From: Octopus sinensis
Taxonomy: Eukaryota
Assembly (NCBI RefSeq): GCF_006345805.1
Contig: NC_043001.1
Span: forward strand, 65,100,001 to 65,164,000
Direction: 5' to 3'
Length of the DNA: 64,000 bases
Under the pieces are notes generated by a model that saw nothing but the letters and a program-made list of their open reading frames with translations, had not been told where the DNA came from and ran no database searches. Position 1 is the stretch's first letter; every line of letters begins with the position of its first letter. Both the position numbers and the translations under genes were made by a program. Below, piece by piece: positions 1 through 13,352 of this stretch.

Positions 1-499
1 ATGCAGGACATTCCTGGATGTCCAACATGAAAATCTTTCAGAATTCTTTTTTGCAATGGAAATGGTACAACAATCCTCTGTGCATACATTAGAATGTTGT
101 CGCATACAGAATATGAGTTTGAATTTAAATTTTCAGTCCGGCATATATTTACTTTATTTTCTTTTAAGGTCACATCCAAAAATGTAATAAAAAAGGAAAT
201 GTAATAAAAATTTATACAGTATATCTGGCATATATTTACTTTATTTTCTTTCATAGTCATCTTTTGGTGCTTTGGCTTTAATTTCTTCAAAAGTTACAGG
301 CAATTCATTAATCACATAACACAAAATGCTTTTACATTATTTACATTCAACAGATATTTGTCCTCATCTTGTTTGTTACTAACACGGCTTTTCAGCTGAT
401 ATACCCTCCAGCCTTTGAACTCAGAATCTTGGGGTTAGTAGCCTGCACTCTTAACCACTATGCCATATATCCCTGGGCAATTATGGAGTGAATTTTAGG

Positions 500-1095
500 G
501 CTTATAAATCTAATATTTTCCTATCCTTCCTTAATACCGGTTCCTATTTGCTGCTCATATCTGCACTCGGTCTGCTTAGGAGGTTGTTGTGTTCTAGCAA
601 ATGTACTGCTTCTTTTAGTTTTTGTATTTTCCAGTGGTGTTCTCTGTCTATTATTTTAATTTCATCCCACAGGAGGAGGTGGTCTCCATTTTCCATAAAT
701 GATCAGCTATACCTGATTTATCAATATCTCCTCGTGTCACAGCTTTGCGATGTTTATCTACCCTTATTCTGAGGGGGTGGCATGTTTCTACCACAACTGC
801 ATGGGATGGAGTACACGCAGTCTTTGGTCATATTCTCTTCTATTGGTGGTTTTACTCGGAGATATTTGTGAAGTGTTGTATTACTCTTGAATACTGTCCT
901 GTCATATGGACCGCATATCTTTTGTATCTTTTTGGAGAGGCCTTTCACATAGGGGAGACAGACTGTGGACAGTTTATTGGCCTTATCCTCTCTCTTCTTC
1001 ATAATTGGAGTGGATAGTATACTTTTGGAGTAGTTGTTGCTTTACAGATCGTTATTGAGCTTGATCATTTCTTTGTGGTGTGTATTCTTCATGGT
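500..1095 (-). mobile_element. Penelope-like retroelement fragment (C-terminal linker and GIY-YIG endonuclease), degraded
   Basis: ORF 754..1002(-) reads LSTVCLPYVKGLSKKIQKICG...KDCVYSIPCSCG, the linker and start of a GIY-YIG domain. The C-terminus ...IDREHHWKIQKLKEAVHLL... follows after frameshifts. Confidence 0.75.
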
Positions 1096-3265
1096 GAGAA
1101 TACCTTATTCACATGTTGTGTATGCAGACTTCTTGATTCACTCTTAATCAATATGTCATTGAGATATGCAATTGTGAAATCACAGTCCACTAACACCGCA
1201 TCCATAATCTGTTAGAAGATTACTGGTGTGACTTTTATGCTAAATGATAGCCTGTTGTATTTATACAGTTCTTTATGAGTGTTAATTGTTAGGTATTTAG
1301 AGCATTCTTTATCTACTTTAATTTATAGATATATATTAGAAAAACCCAATCTATTAAAATATCTTGCCACTATTTAATTTTGTCTTCTGGAGTAGGTAGC
1401 AGATAGTTGAACATTTTAAGACATTTGTTTAACCTAGCGGAAAAATCAGCACACACTCTGATTTTATTCTTTTTCTTAACGTACACAGTTAGTGATGCTC
1501 ATTGAGAATATTCTACTTTTTGAATAACTCCAATTTTTTCTTGTATCTCTAAGTTTATCTGTTCTAATGCTGTGTATGGTGGCACATTTATTTTTGGTTT
1601 AAAAATTGATACTGTATTCTCTTTTATCTCAAATTTTGCTTTGTTTTCAAACATGTACCTAGTTCATGTGAAAACACATCTGGGAATACTTTCTTTAATT
1701 CTTTTTGCAATTTATCTGAGTCAGTGTTAGAACTTGTGCCTGTACCTATTATATTTTTGCAATAGTGGTTAATGGGTAAATCCCAGAGATCAAATTTCTC
1801 CATCCAATTCATTCCAAATAAATTATTGGTGTTATTTAGCACATAAGCCTTTGCTTTTATTGTTCTGCCTCGGAAAGCCATATTGCAATTGAATTCACCT
1901 CTAAACAGTAATTTTCTTCCTGAAACACCTCTTGCAGCTATTGTAGTTTTACTTAGTACCAGTTTATCTAATGCACTTCATGTTTTATCATTTAATATGG
2001 TTATACCACTCCCAGTATTGAGCTGTAATCTGATGTTTGTTCCATTTATTTTCATGTTTACAAACTTTCTAAGTATTTCATTATCCTTATCATTTTCAGA
2101 CACACTGTATAAATTTTTATTATGTTTCCTGTATGCATCATTTTTGGATCCTTTCCTTATTTTTGTGCGACAATGAGAACTTTTGTAACCTTGAAAACCA
2201 CAACTGAAACATTTAAGTTTTTTGAACAAACAGTCATACTGGTCATGTATTTGACTACATCTTGTGCATCCACTTTGCACTTTCTAATGATTTTCTTTGG
2301 TCTTATAGCCTGTATGTTTGATATATCACGTTCATGTATTTTCTCATTGTCATGTTTAAGATTTATTATCCGTTGGCAGTCTTCTGATATCTGTTGAAGA
2401 GTAATATCATGGTTCAATATCCATTGATAGTTTCTTTAACTTGAACTTTTCACACTCCTGGTTTACTATTCTGGCATAGTAAGTCAGCCTCTACATGTTT
2501 TTGTCAAATTTAAACAGGACCATTTCGTGTTGAACAAAGATCTTTTTTCACTAAAAAGTTTTGATAGTGTGCTTATTGTATCTTCAAATCATAATTCTCC
2601 AGATTTTGGGTGTTGTATATAATTAATATACTTTTCATGTTTCACTGGTGCTAATTTTCTTAGCAAAAGCTAGTCTTCTGGTCTTCTTTCCAGTCTGAAT
2701 ATGCTTCAATATTTCCTCAAAATGACTATAATAAGCAGCAAACGAGACACCTTTGTCTGGATTATATCTAAATTTGTTGATGGAGCTTGCCAATGAATCT
2801 GGTCTAAATGCATTTGTAGCATTTTTTTGTTTCCTTGAGGAGAACCTGTAAAACCTTGTGTTGCTGTTTTTGCAACTCTATCACGGTTGATTATAATTCT
2901 TCCATGATAAACAAGATGAATTTTTTGTTCTCATAAACAAAAAATATACAGTTTGCAATAATTCAAGTGAATCTCAAATACTTCTCATTACCAATTGTTA
3001 TATCGTCATTGATGATATATGGTGTGTGTGTAACAATATATCACAATACCAAATATAACTGTATAACAATAAACAGTGTAACAAGAGTTGGTTAACTTAT
3101 TATAACCGTTTGCACAATAACACTCCAACACTGAATCAGTTACGAGACTAATGCTCTCACATTTCGACCTCAACTCATTACTGGCTCATCTATTTATAGA
3201 CTTGCCTAGTCCACTGACAGTCATGTGCAGGGGTGTCAGTTTTCTCCACAACAATATCCTTCAGA
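1095..3265 (-). mobile_element. Ty3/Gypsy (Mag/K02A2.6-like) LTR retrotransposon, 5' half: putative LTR, gag with zinc knuckles, protease, N-terminal RT; pseudogenised
   Basis: Zinc knuckles CTRCSQIH/CFSCGFQGYKSSHC (ORF 1978..2280-), protease remnants LQLNTGSGITIL and NLFGMNWMEKFDLWD. RT remnants on the minus strand at 1100-1600: KIGVIQKVEYS, KIRVCADFS, LTINTHK, AYLNDILIKS. The LTR at about 3010-3265 is a guess. Confidence 0.8.
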
Positions 3266-3269
3266 CTGT

Positions 3270-3590
3270 GAGGGCGCGTGGCTTAGTGGTTAGGGCATTC
3301 GACTCATGATCGTAAGGTTGTGAGTTCGATTCCCGGCGACGCGTTGTGTCCTTGAGCAAGACACTTTATTTCACGTTGCTCCAGTCCACTCAGCTGGCAA
3401 AAATGAGTTGTACTTGTATTTCAAAGGGTCAGCCTTGTCACTCTCTGTGTCACGCTGATTATCCCCGAGAACTACGTTAAGGGTACACGTGTCTGTGGAA
3501 TGCTCAGCCATTTGCACGTTAATTTCATGAGCAAGCTGTTCCGTTGATCGTATCAGCTGGGACCCTCGTCGTCGTAACCGGCGGAGTCTT
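3270..3590 (+). mobile_element. tRNA-derived SINE, young and CpG-rich
   Basis: Pol III box A (tggcttagtgg, 3279-3289) and box B (gttcgattcc, 3324-3333). These are followed by a CORE-like central motif gtgtccttgagcaagacact and a unique 3' body. Confidence 0.8.
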
Positions 3591-3968
3591 TTAATTTGGA
3601 ACATAAATTGACTTGAAATTGTGATGGAAGATTTTAATTTAGCTCACTTTACAACAGAAAATTTATATTATTGAACCAGAGACTGTCTCAGGTAGGTGAA
3701 ATCAAAAGGATTGACATCAAGTCAATTTGATCAAGTACACCGATGACTTAAGGTAATCCAGCTATGATCATCCTGAAATTTTTCTGACATACTGTAATTT
3801 AGGCAAGAATATCCACTGTATTCTTATATGGGATAGATGTTATTGTCCATTTAACAAATCATACTATTTATAATGTTATACAAATTTTGGTTCCAAATTT
3901 TGGTGCTGTGGCAAGCTAGTTGTTATTTATGATATGTTATAATATCTTGTCTTTTCATATCCTCTAAG

Positions 3969-4023
3969 AAAATGCAACCTCAGGCATGCTTCTGATGTGA
4001 ACTCTTTCAAAGAAAGCAGTTTA
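3969..4023 (+). CDS. KIAA1549: Coding exon A of a KIAA1549/UPF0606-like gene (KCNLRHASDVNSFKESSL); upstream exons lie outside the window or were not recognised
   Basis: Acceptor ctctaag, donor gtaagt, 55 nt, phase 2 to 0. It is open only in the frame that joins exon B. Confidence 0.55.
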
Positions 4024-4299
4024 GTAAGTATCATTTATTGAGTTCCATCTTTTAAATACCATTTTTGATTAGGATTTATTGAATATCATTTTGTGAATAC
4101 TGCTTTGTTAAATTATATTTTCAGGGTTTTAGTAAATGTTCTGCCCTCTTGCTTGTGATATTTTGAAAAGCAAAAATGAATTGTAACAATTTAATGAAAA
4201 TCCACAATGTAGTTGTTTCCTATTATTTTGTTTTATTTTAAACTAAAAAAAAAAAATTTAACCAATTTTTCTGGTTATTTTCTTTTTTTATCTTTTCAC

Positions 4300-7200
4300 T
4301 GTTATAATGGGAGACAAGGTTTATGATATTGGGCGAATATCACCTTCTCCCATTAAATATTGTTCTTTGTGTAGTTCAGGCTCCAGCAGGCAAGGAAAGA
4401 AGTCTTTAAGTACAAATGTAATTTATAAGAGAATAAATCTGTTTTTGTTGTGCCCTTATAACCAGTTTGCCATCACGAGCCTCGTGATCTCGCGCATGGC
4501 AAATGAGATCTTGCTCCAGCGAGATCTCATCCAATATGGCACTGACTGCTTGTGCCGCTACAAGGGCTCCCTCACTGAGTACGGCAGTGTGAAAACAGAA
4601 TAACTGGAGCAGGCACAAGAAAGAGCAAAGATGGTAACTGATCGCAAACAACAAGATATGGTACAAAAATGTGACAAGTCAAATAGAAAAATAATTGCAA
4701 GAAATATAAATTGGCATGCACAAAATTTGACAAAATTTTCACTGGCAGAGTATTGGAATTGTTCAGTAATGCAAGAAAGCAATTGTCTGTCATAGGAAAC
4801 ACAAAAGAGATTGTCAGATATAATTCGTTTTAGTGAGTGTTTTGGATCAATGCACAGTGCGACCAGTCTTGGTGACATAGGGTTTGTTTGTGTTAGGTAG
4901 TGGCGACGAAGGTGTAGGTGATGGTGTGGTCAAAGGTGCATGTGCAGGTGGATGTGTAGATGGTTGTAAAGTATCAAAGGAGGGCATGTTTGGGGTGTCA
5001 TTGAAGTTTTGGGTGTGCATGATAGCACATGAAATGGTCCCTTATAAGGAGAAATGAGAGGTCCTTTGACAGAATCATCCTGAACAAAAACATGAGTCCA
5101 TTTGTCAATGTCTGGTGGGGCGTGAGAGGGAATAGACTGGTCACGCGGATGCAAGGGTGGAAGACTTGAGAAAAATTAGCGAAGTCTGGTGACATACGAT
5201 GTTGGATCAGGAGGCGATGAGTTGTCTGGTGCTAACATTGTACCAGGGAGTGCCAGGGTGGTATCGTAAAGGAGTTCAGCAGAGGAGAAACATAAGTCTG
5301 CTTTAACAACAGTGCGACAACCAAGAAGAATGATAGGCAGGAATTTTGTCCAAGACTGCAGATCAGGAGTGGCGCATAGAGTGGACTTCAGTTGCCTGTG
5401 AAAATGTTTGACCATCCCATTGGAGGCTGGGTGGTGGCTGGTCATACGAATGTGATGAACATCTAGAATTCCTGATAATTCATGAAATAGGGAAGCCCCA
5501 AACTGGCGTCCGCAATCAGTTGTTATTTTAGCTGGGACACTAAAGCAAGCAATCTAGTTAGAAACGAAAGCTCAAGCAACTGACTCAGTGGAAATGTCCA
5601 CTATTGGAATGGCCTCTGGCCAACAAGAGAAATTGATTGACACATGTCAATATGTAAGAGAAACTGCGACTGACAGGCCATGGTCCAACCAGATCAATGT
5701 GGACATGGCGAAAGCGAGTCTCCAGAGGAGAAAACTGTCCAAGAGGAGCACGAATATGTCTGTGGGTTTTAGAACACTGGCATTTTACACAAGAGTGTGC
5801 CAACTCGATGATCATCCAGCGCATATTAGGCCAGAAAAACCAAGCTGTAACAAGCTTCACCGAGGCAGTGATGCCAGGATGTGACAGTGAATGCAAAGCA
5901 TCAAACACAGAGTGCTGGTGGTTCTCAGATACAAATGATCTGGGAGAACCAGTAGCTGTGTTATAAAGAATGGTACCTTAAGTAGATGGAAGTGGGAGAT
6001 AGGCAAACTTGTAACAGGACAGCTTGGTAGAAGCTAAATCCAAAGTGTCCAGAGCTGGCTGATCCTGTGCAATGGCAGCTAAATTGATTGCAGCAGGAAA
6101 TGAAAGGGAACACACAGGAAGATGAGAGAGTGCATCAGCAGGCACGTTCTCTGCTCCAGGTATGTGCTGAATGTCACTCGGGAACTGGGAAATGTAGTCC
6201 AGGTGATGAAAAGCGAGTGTTTGTCTGATTTAGATGACAGAGCAAATGTAAGAGGCTTGTGATCAGTATAGATCACAAAATCTCGGCCCTTGAGTTGATG
6301 TTGAAAATGATGAACAGACAGGTAGATCGCAAAGAGCTCGCGATCAAACGTACTGTACCAACGTTCAGCTGTCTTTAATTGACAAGAAAAAAACACCAAA
6401 GGTTTAGTCTGATTGTCTATGGTGTGCTGCAAAACAGCACCAACCGCAGAATCCGATGCATCAACGGTTAAAGAGAGAAGTGCATCAGGATTCGGATGTG
6501 CAAGCAAAGGGACAGAAGCTATTTCTTTCTTGATTGACTCAAAAGCAGGTAACGCCTTGGCATATAAAGTAATAGGAGAATTCTTTTTGTTATCTGCTTT
6601 CAACAGCTGAGTCAAGGGAAGTAACTTGTCTGTACAATCACGAATGAAGCATCTGTAGAAGTTGAAGACTCCCAAAAAATGGCGAAGTTGGCATAGTGAA
6701 GTGGGGGGGGGGGTGATGCGCTGAATTGCATCGACTTTGGAAGAGAGAGGTCTAATCCCATTGGAGTCGATATAATGCCCCAGAAATTCCAGAGAGGACT
6801 GCTCGGAAACACACTTATCGGGGTTGATTCCCACATTGCAGGTGTGAAGACGCTGAAAGAGTTGATTTAAGTGTTGGAGGTGATTCTCATGCATGTCGCT
6901 TGCAATGAGTATGTCATCAACATAAGCAAACACAAAATCAAGTCCATGGGCAACTTCGTCGATAAATCTTTGGAACGTGCTCTTGGGAGACCAATTGACT
7001 GCATGCAAAGTGATCTCTGAATGCTTTGGTTTGTCTGTAGTGAGACGCAAAGGCCAAATAGAGCAACTAGAACTTGTGTTGACCAGGAACGCCTCATTAG
7101 ACATGCGGTCCTTCACAAAAAATGCATGATTTGAGGATAATTGGCTGGAAGTGCTTGATGTGCTGAAACCCTCCCCAAGTTGTTTCTTGCTGACTGGAAA

Positions 7201-10075
7201 GAACTTGGCTGAATGCATTTACTGGCTTTATGCTGATACCTGGTGTGGTACCAACAAAGACTAGAACTAAATGAAAAGGAATTGGTCGAATGTGAATGAG
7301 ACTGGTTTCGACTGCGATGGCATGAAGTGTTAGAGTGCCCTCCCCAAAGTGCGTCCATTCAGTGTGTTAAAGAGTCAAGTTTCTCCACAATATCATCATG
7401 TGATGAGGAAGACGCAGCAGAGGAAACCTCTGAGCAAAAGCAGACATGGTGAGGTGCTGGCTGGACAGTGAACTCTAAAATCATATCAGCCATGGTAGCT
7501 AGTTGATCCATGGTGTTGGTATCAATCGCTGTGGCTAAAATGTTTTGCACATTGGGAGGTAGTCAGGAGAAGAAAAGCTTCCGTAAGAGTGAGTTGTCCT
7601 CAGTTGTGTTGCTGAGCTTGTGGACATGCTGTAAAAATTGAGACGGCGTCCTCTCTCCTAACTCCTCATTTTGCAGTAGCTGTTTTAACTTAGACTTCAT
7701 GGATTTAGTGTTCCGTCGGAGAACCTTGGATTTGACTAGCTTGTAAGTCGCATCTGGACGAGGATCAGTGATGAGATTCCTGACTGAAGTAGCGAGTAAT
7801 GCAGGAATGCTACAAAAGAGAAGCTTTAACTGTTGCTGCGAAGGTACCGCATGTGCCACAAAATACGCCTCCAACTGTGCGAACCAAACCATGACGTCAC
7901 CAGTAAAAGAAGGAAGATTAGGTAAACTTATATTTTTCTGTCAGAGGAGAAAAGGAAAAGGACCAAAACACCTACAATAAGTGTTGTTGGAAATAACAGC
8001 GTGTGTGCGAGAGGAAAAAAAATTTTTTTTTTAGCAAAGTTTGTTGAATTGTGTACTGTATGCACAGATAAGAAAATTTTTGTCACCAAACCTGTTGTTG
8101 TGCTGAAAGAAAACAAAAAAAATGCCAAAAACACTGTGATTGTATGTGTGCTTCTTTCTTTTTTTATTTGTTTGTATTTTTTCTGTTGTTGTTGTTTAAC
8201 CCTTTCGTTACTATATTTCTGACCAAAATACACCCCTCATGAGTTTCAATTAAATTCTAAAATAATCATGAATCTAGGCTTGTTTCATTAAATAACTGTA
8301 ACTTTTTTACTTATCAACATATTAATATGATATTTGGAACATAATTAAAGAAAGGGTTCTTAATCAATTCTATTGCATAACTTTTGTCTCAAAGTGACTT
8401 TAATTAAAGGTAAATCCAGGTAAATTGAGCAAAAGGTAAAAATATTAAAATTTTAAATTGAGCAAAAGGTAAAAATATTAAAATTTTGTTTAAACATTAC
8501 CATAGAAAATGAATCATCAGCTAATATTCAAATGGGTATGCAACAAAATTTTGATAAAGAAGAATTGTGCACATCACTATATCATCAGTTGAATTTAATG
8601 CACAACAGGTGTACCATAAAGGTGGAATAAAGTGAAATACTGGAATCCACCGTAAGTTTGACCGAACTAAAGAAATCGGTCAAAAAATAATATACGGCCC
8701 TGGTTATGGTATGGAAGTGATAAATTCCAGACCACATCGTTCCCTAGGCCATGCTGACTAACATTATTTTCCCTGTATAAAAACTAAATCCACGCAGTAC
8801 CCAGTATTTGCTTTACAAATTTTCCGAAATTTGAAACCCCATTTTGTGTTTGTTTACATTCTGCGTAAGTTTGTTTCCACATTGATCGCTTCAAACAATA
8901 ACTTCCAGACCACATCATACCCTAAGCCATGCTGACTAACATTAGTTTCCCTGTATAAAAACTAAATCCACAACAGTACCCAGTATTTGTTTCACAAATT
9001 TTCCAATTCGGAATCAATGCTTGATAACATGAAACTCCTATCCATTTTCAAAGTTGAAGAAAAATCGATGCCGAAAAAAATGTGGAAAAAAATCTCCCAA
9101 AATTCAGGGAATTAAAATTACACGTCGATCGTTGTACAAAACTAGATGAACTGTTTACGAAGCATAATCACATGTTTTCACGAATGTACTAAAAAGATTT
9201 GCTCTGATATTCTCATTTAAATATGAATAGGTAAATTTGGGCGGCTTTGGGCGGTTTGGTCACATTAACCAAAATTTTTTTCGGGCGGCTTTGAGCGGTT
9301 TGATAACGAAAGGGTTAAGAGACCATCAGCAAATGGCCGGCGAACTGGTAATGTTGTGTTTCATCATGTAAGGCAATCCGAAAATTGTGGTAGACAGGAA
9401 CGATGGCTGGAAGTTGATGGTCAGCTTACTGGAAGTTGATGATCGGCTTGCTTGAAGTTGATGGATGGCTGGAGTTGTGGCCATTGATGTGTTTATTAGT
9501 TGGGAGTGAGTGGAACCCACCAGTCTGTGATTCGGTTGAGGCATCTATACGATAAAGCTTGCGGCTGCTGAAAATCCTTTTTCTATGTTGGGGTCACCAT
9601 TTTATAATGGGAGGCAAGGTTTACGATATCGGGTGAATATCGCCTTCTCCCATTTTATATATTGTTCTTTGTGTAGTTCAGGCTCCAGTAGGTGAGGAAA
9701 GAAGTCTTTAAGTACAAATGCAATTTACAACTGGTTTATTTACAAGTTTCACAGAATAGGTGAAGTGTGTTGCTCTCAGCATACCAACTCAAGCTGTGTG
9801 CGTTTTGTTGTATCTCCGTTAACGCGGGCCCATTGCCTCTGCAGATACGACATGCAGATGGGACTAGCTTGGAGACCCAGCCAGCGAAGTCTGTTCAGCA
9901 AGCACTCGTGGCGAGAAGAGGATGAATCTGTTTTTGTTAGGCCATTATAACCAGTTTGCCATCATGAGCCTCGTTGTGCAAATGGATGCAGGTGAGGTCT
10001 CGCTCCATTCTCGGAGATGGCAATGGCTGCCACGAGATCTCATCCAATATGGTGCTAATTGCTTGTGCTGCTACA
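4300..10075 (-). mobile_element. Ty3/Gypsy LTR retrotransposon with both LTRs, internally deleted and interrupted by a piggyBac-type element
   Basis: Homologous LTRs at 9600-10075 (5') and 4300-4562 (3', shorter), TG...CA on the minus strand. PBS TGGTGACCCC (9590-9599) matches tRNA-Trp. Gag LPSFTGDVMVWFAQLEAYF (7563-7892), protease FLVNTSSSCSIW, RT YVDDILIAS and RNase H LTVDASDSAVGAVL/YTDHKPL (6079-7218), integrase HIDLVGP/HPASNGMVKHFHRQLK (5176-5908). Confidence 0.92.
8200..9314. mobile_element. Non-autonomous piggyBac-type DNA transposon nested in the Gypsy 5' region
   Basis: TTAA target duplication (8196-8199 and 9315-9318) and TIR CCCTTTCGTTA...TAACGAAAGGG. Internal direct repeats of about 100 bp (8725-8830 vs 8905-9005) and 32 bp (about 8420-8485). 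No transposase ORF. Confidence 0.85.
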
Positions 10076-10454
10076 CTGTCAAACAGTTTTGTATTCTTAA
10101 AATATTACAAATAATTACAATAATTGTTAAAAATATTTTTTATATTTTTAGTATTGCATCTATTTTAAATTAATATTTTACAGCCATCTGAAATATAGGC
10201 TTTTGTTGTTGGCTTTCTCAATTTAAACTCAATCAACAATTGATAAAATATTAATAATACTCTGCAAAGTATATTGTTAAATAAGTACTCATTTGTGTTT
10301 AATTAGATTTAAATAATAAGAATGTTTTTTATTTTATTTATTCATTTTATTGTATTTTTATTTTGATGAAATGTAACATTTTAACTTCACTGAGATTTAA
10401 ATGAAAAATGAATCATTCTTTGATATTTTTCATCAAAATAATGAATATTTGCAG

Positions 10455-10585
10455 AATGAACTGTATGATGATGATAAACTATGGAGGAGACAACCTGACA
10501 CTTTACAACAAACATGTGTTAAAATGCATAACTTATTAGATGATGCTTTCCAGTTAATTAGTATGAATTTGCCACAACAAAACTT
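10455..10585 (+). CDS. KIAA1549: Coding exon B (NELYDDDKLWRRQPDTLQQTCVKMHNLLDDAFQLISMNLPQQN)
   Basis: Acceptor ttgcag, donor gtaagt, 131 nt, phase 0 to 2. MHNLLDDAFQLI resembles the MHSLLDDAFALV motif I recall from vertebrate KIAA1549. Confidence 0.8.
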
Positions 10586-11369
10586 GTAAGTTGATTTTTG
10601 TGAAATTGTTAATCATATAACACACAAACCATGTGGTAACTTTTTCATTTTAAAAAAGAAAGGAAAATAACTTTATTCCAAATTGTGCTTTTGTATTATG
10701 CAGATAGCAACTTGTTTTCCCATATATTTTTCTTCACTGGTTATATTGTATACTTTTTGAAGTGCAAGAAATATTTGAATTATAATAAATAAAAAGGGTG
10801 TAAGAGTAGAGCTCTGGTAAGTTCATGTAAGTACGCTGCTGTTGCTGCTACACACAAAAAAAAAAAGATGAAGCTGATTAGCAAGGATTTACTCACCAAC
10901 AACACTTGACCACTGGTTTACATTACAGTACTTCTTTTATCTCTGCTATTACAACACTCTCTTTGTCTTCTCTCTATCACACACACACATCCATCTCTCT
11001 TTCCATTGCCCTACCTACTGTATCACACTTGTTATCAAATCCTACCTTCTACTTGTATCTCACCTCCTATTCTGCCTCACTTCAAAGATCAAGGGTCATA
11101 GAATCTAATTAGGTTAAGAGAGAGACTGGCATGAAATGTAAGTTAACCTTTTAAAACACAATTTTCAGTGAAGATATTAGATACAAAGTTGCAGTAGTTG
11201 GGAAATGATGACAAGGCGTATGATATCATCTACATAAGATATGGTATATTTAGCAGGGACTAATCATTGTGGTACTTTATTTAGAATGTTATAAAGATTA
11301 AATATGACATACTCCTTCAGGTATTAGACAGTGGCCATGCAGGAGCACTGCCATGAAGAATTTGTAGTT

Positions 11370-11635
11370 AAATGAATTCACCCCAGTACTTATTTTTTTA
11401 AAAGCCTGATACTTATTCTATCGATCTCTTTTGCTAAACTGCTAAGTTATGGAGATGTAAACACACCAGCACTGGCTGTGAAGCAGTAGTGGGGGACAGA
11501 CACACACACACGCACACACAAACACACACACACAACAGGCTTCTTTCAGTTTCTGTCCACTAAATCCACTCACTGAACCCAGAACTATGTGGTTGGGAAG
11601 CAAGCTTATTACCACACAGCCACGCCTGTGCCTAT
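11370..11635 (-). mobile_element. tRNA-related SINE (common octopus-type family), internally deleted
   Basis: Reverse complement reads aggcacaggcgtggctgtgtggtaataagcttgcttcccaaccacatagttctgggttcag...gtggatttagtggacagaaactgaaagaagcc. Same family as 11788-11950. Confidence 0.7.
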
Positions 11636-11787
11636 AAGATGTATTTTTGTGCGTAATATGGGTTGGTGATGTTTAGATTGAATCTTTCTAGAATTTGTGA
11701 AAGTCGGGTGTGGATGGGTTATGTATCTGTAAAATGTTTTAGATGGGCTTCAAAATTAGGATTATTTTACACATTCTTCAAAGTCTA

Positions 11788-11950
11788 ATGGAAGACATGG
11801 CTGTGTGGTAAGAAGCTTGTTTCCCAATCACATAGTTCTGGGTTTAGTCCCACTGCATGGCACCTTGGGCAAGTGTCTTAAGGCTGACCAAAGCCTTGTG
11901 AGTGGATTTGGTAGATTGAAACTGAAAGAAGCCCATCGTATATACATGTA
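11788..11950 (+). mobile_element. tRNA-related SINE, 5' part
   Basis: ggctgtgtggtaagaagcttg...gggtttagtcccactgcatggcaccttgggcaagtgtc...gccttgtgagtggatttggtag...gaaactgaaagaagccc. Confidence 0.75.
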
Positions 11951-12221
11951 TATATATAGCTCAGATCTTATCTACTTCATTCCTTAACTCTTCTATTTTT
12001 ATTTGCACACCTAGCAACCCTGGTTGTCTACCGGGAAATATGCAAAGAACTTTTTTCAGTTTATCATACTTCAATACATTAAAAAATCCACAACCTTCCA
12101 TCTCAACAAACCACTATTGTCCCTGAAAGTTGTTTTTTATATTTACTTCAGATTGCTTGAAGCTAACTTTCTTCCCACATCTCAATCCCTGGATCTTATA
12201 TTTATATATAGTGGACTCATA

Positions 12222-12263
<42 letters not shown>

Positions 12264-12399
12264 GACTTGTATATATACATATATGTATATATATTTTGTT
12301 GTGTCTAAGGAGAGTCATCATGTCAATATGATTAACACACACACTGGTTTAATTCCACTCATTTATTGAATATCTGATTTGTTTTTGTTTTCTCATTTT

Positions 12400-12640
12400 T
12401 AAAAAAATATATGTATGTGTGTGTGTCTATGTTTGTTCCCCACCATCACTTCACAACAGGTGTTAGTGTACTTACATTCCTGTAACTTAGCAGTTCGTCT
12501 AAATAGATTGATAGAAAAAGTACCATGTTTAAAGAAAAAAAGTACTGGGGTTGATTCATTCAACTAAAAATTCTTCAAAGTGGTATCTAAGCATGACCGC
12601 AGTCTAATGATTGAAACAAGTAAAAGATAAAAGATAATGG
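12400..12640 (+). mobile_element. SINE 3' body fragment (similar pieces at 57310-57480)
   Basis: cctgtaacttagcagttcg...gatagaaaaagtacc...aagtactggggttgattcattc...gaaacaagtaaaagataaaagata, matching the 3' parts of the SINE copies at 11370 and 42050. Confidence 0.55.
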
Positions 12641-13352
12641 TGAATGTAACAATTCCATTATTCTTTAGGTGTTTTTGATGAAGGTCTATCATTCTGTCAG
12701 ACACTGAGATCTTGGAGTTTCTGGATTTCCTTATTTCTGGTGTCTGATGGAAGGCAAGGATTTAGTTTGGATCCAAGGCGGATGGTGTGAATCTCATATT
12801 TTATGTTCCTGGGATTTTGGTGGCTAGTTTTGGAAATGTTTGAAAATTTTCTGTTAAATTGGAGGTTTGTTCTGTGATGTTGTAATAACAAGGGGCAACA
12901 AAAATACCAATTATTTGCAACCGTTTATACATTTCAATCACCTCATTACACCACCATCACATTACATTATCATACCACACTACATTACCATCACATTTTA
13001 TATGGAAGTGTAATGTGAAATGGTTTCAAGGTTTAATGATTGCATCTATAAGAATGTAGAATATTAAAGGTGAGAACATGGAGGTGTAAGGTGATAAATG
13101 ACCATTGTATAAAAAGCTATATCTAACACTGAGTAACACAGTACTCTTCCTAATGTTGAATACTGATATATTCTACCTAATATTGATTACTCATGTACTC
13201 TGCCTTATATTAATACTGAATATTGAAGTACTCTGTCATCTAATTAATACTGGATACTGAAGTACTGCCCCATTTATGAACATGCACTTTACAAAAATTG
13301 TTCCTTTTTGAGTCAATAATCTCTCTCATATATTGTGTTTGCTTTTATTTAG

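Noticed and set aside
375-415. Half hammerhead (minus strand ggctg-gagggtatat-cagct-GAAA) downstream of the Penelope fragment
   Set aside because: The CUGANGA half is missing, replaced by a SINE head at about 415-480, so it cannot be called a ribozyme.
3270-3345. tRNA gene
   Set aside because: The tRNA-like head runs straight into a SINE body and no acceptor stem could be closed, so it is a SINE rather than a functional tRNA.
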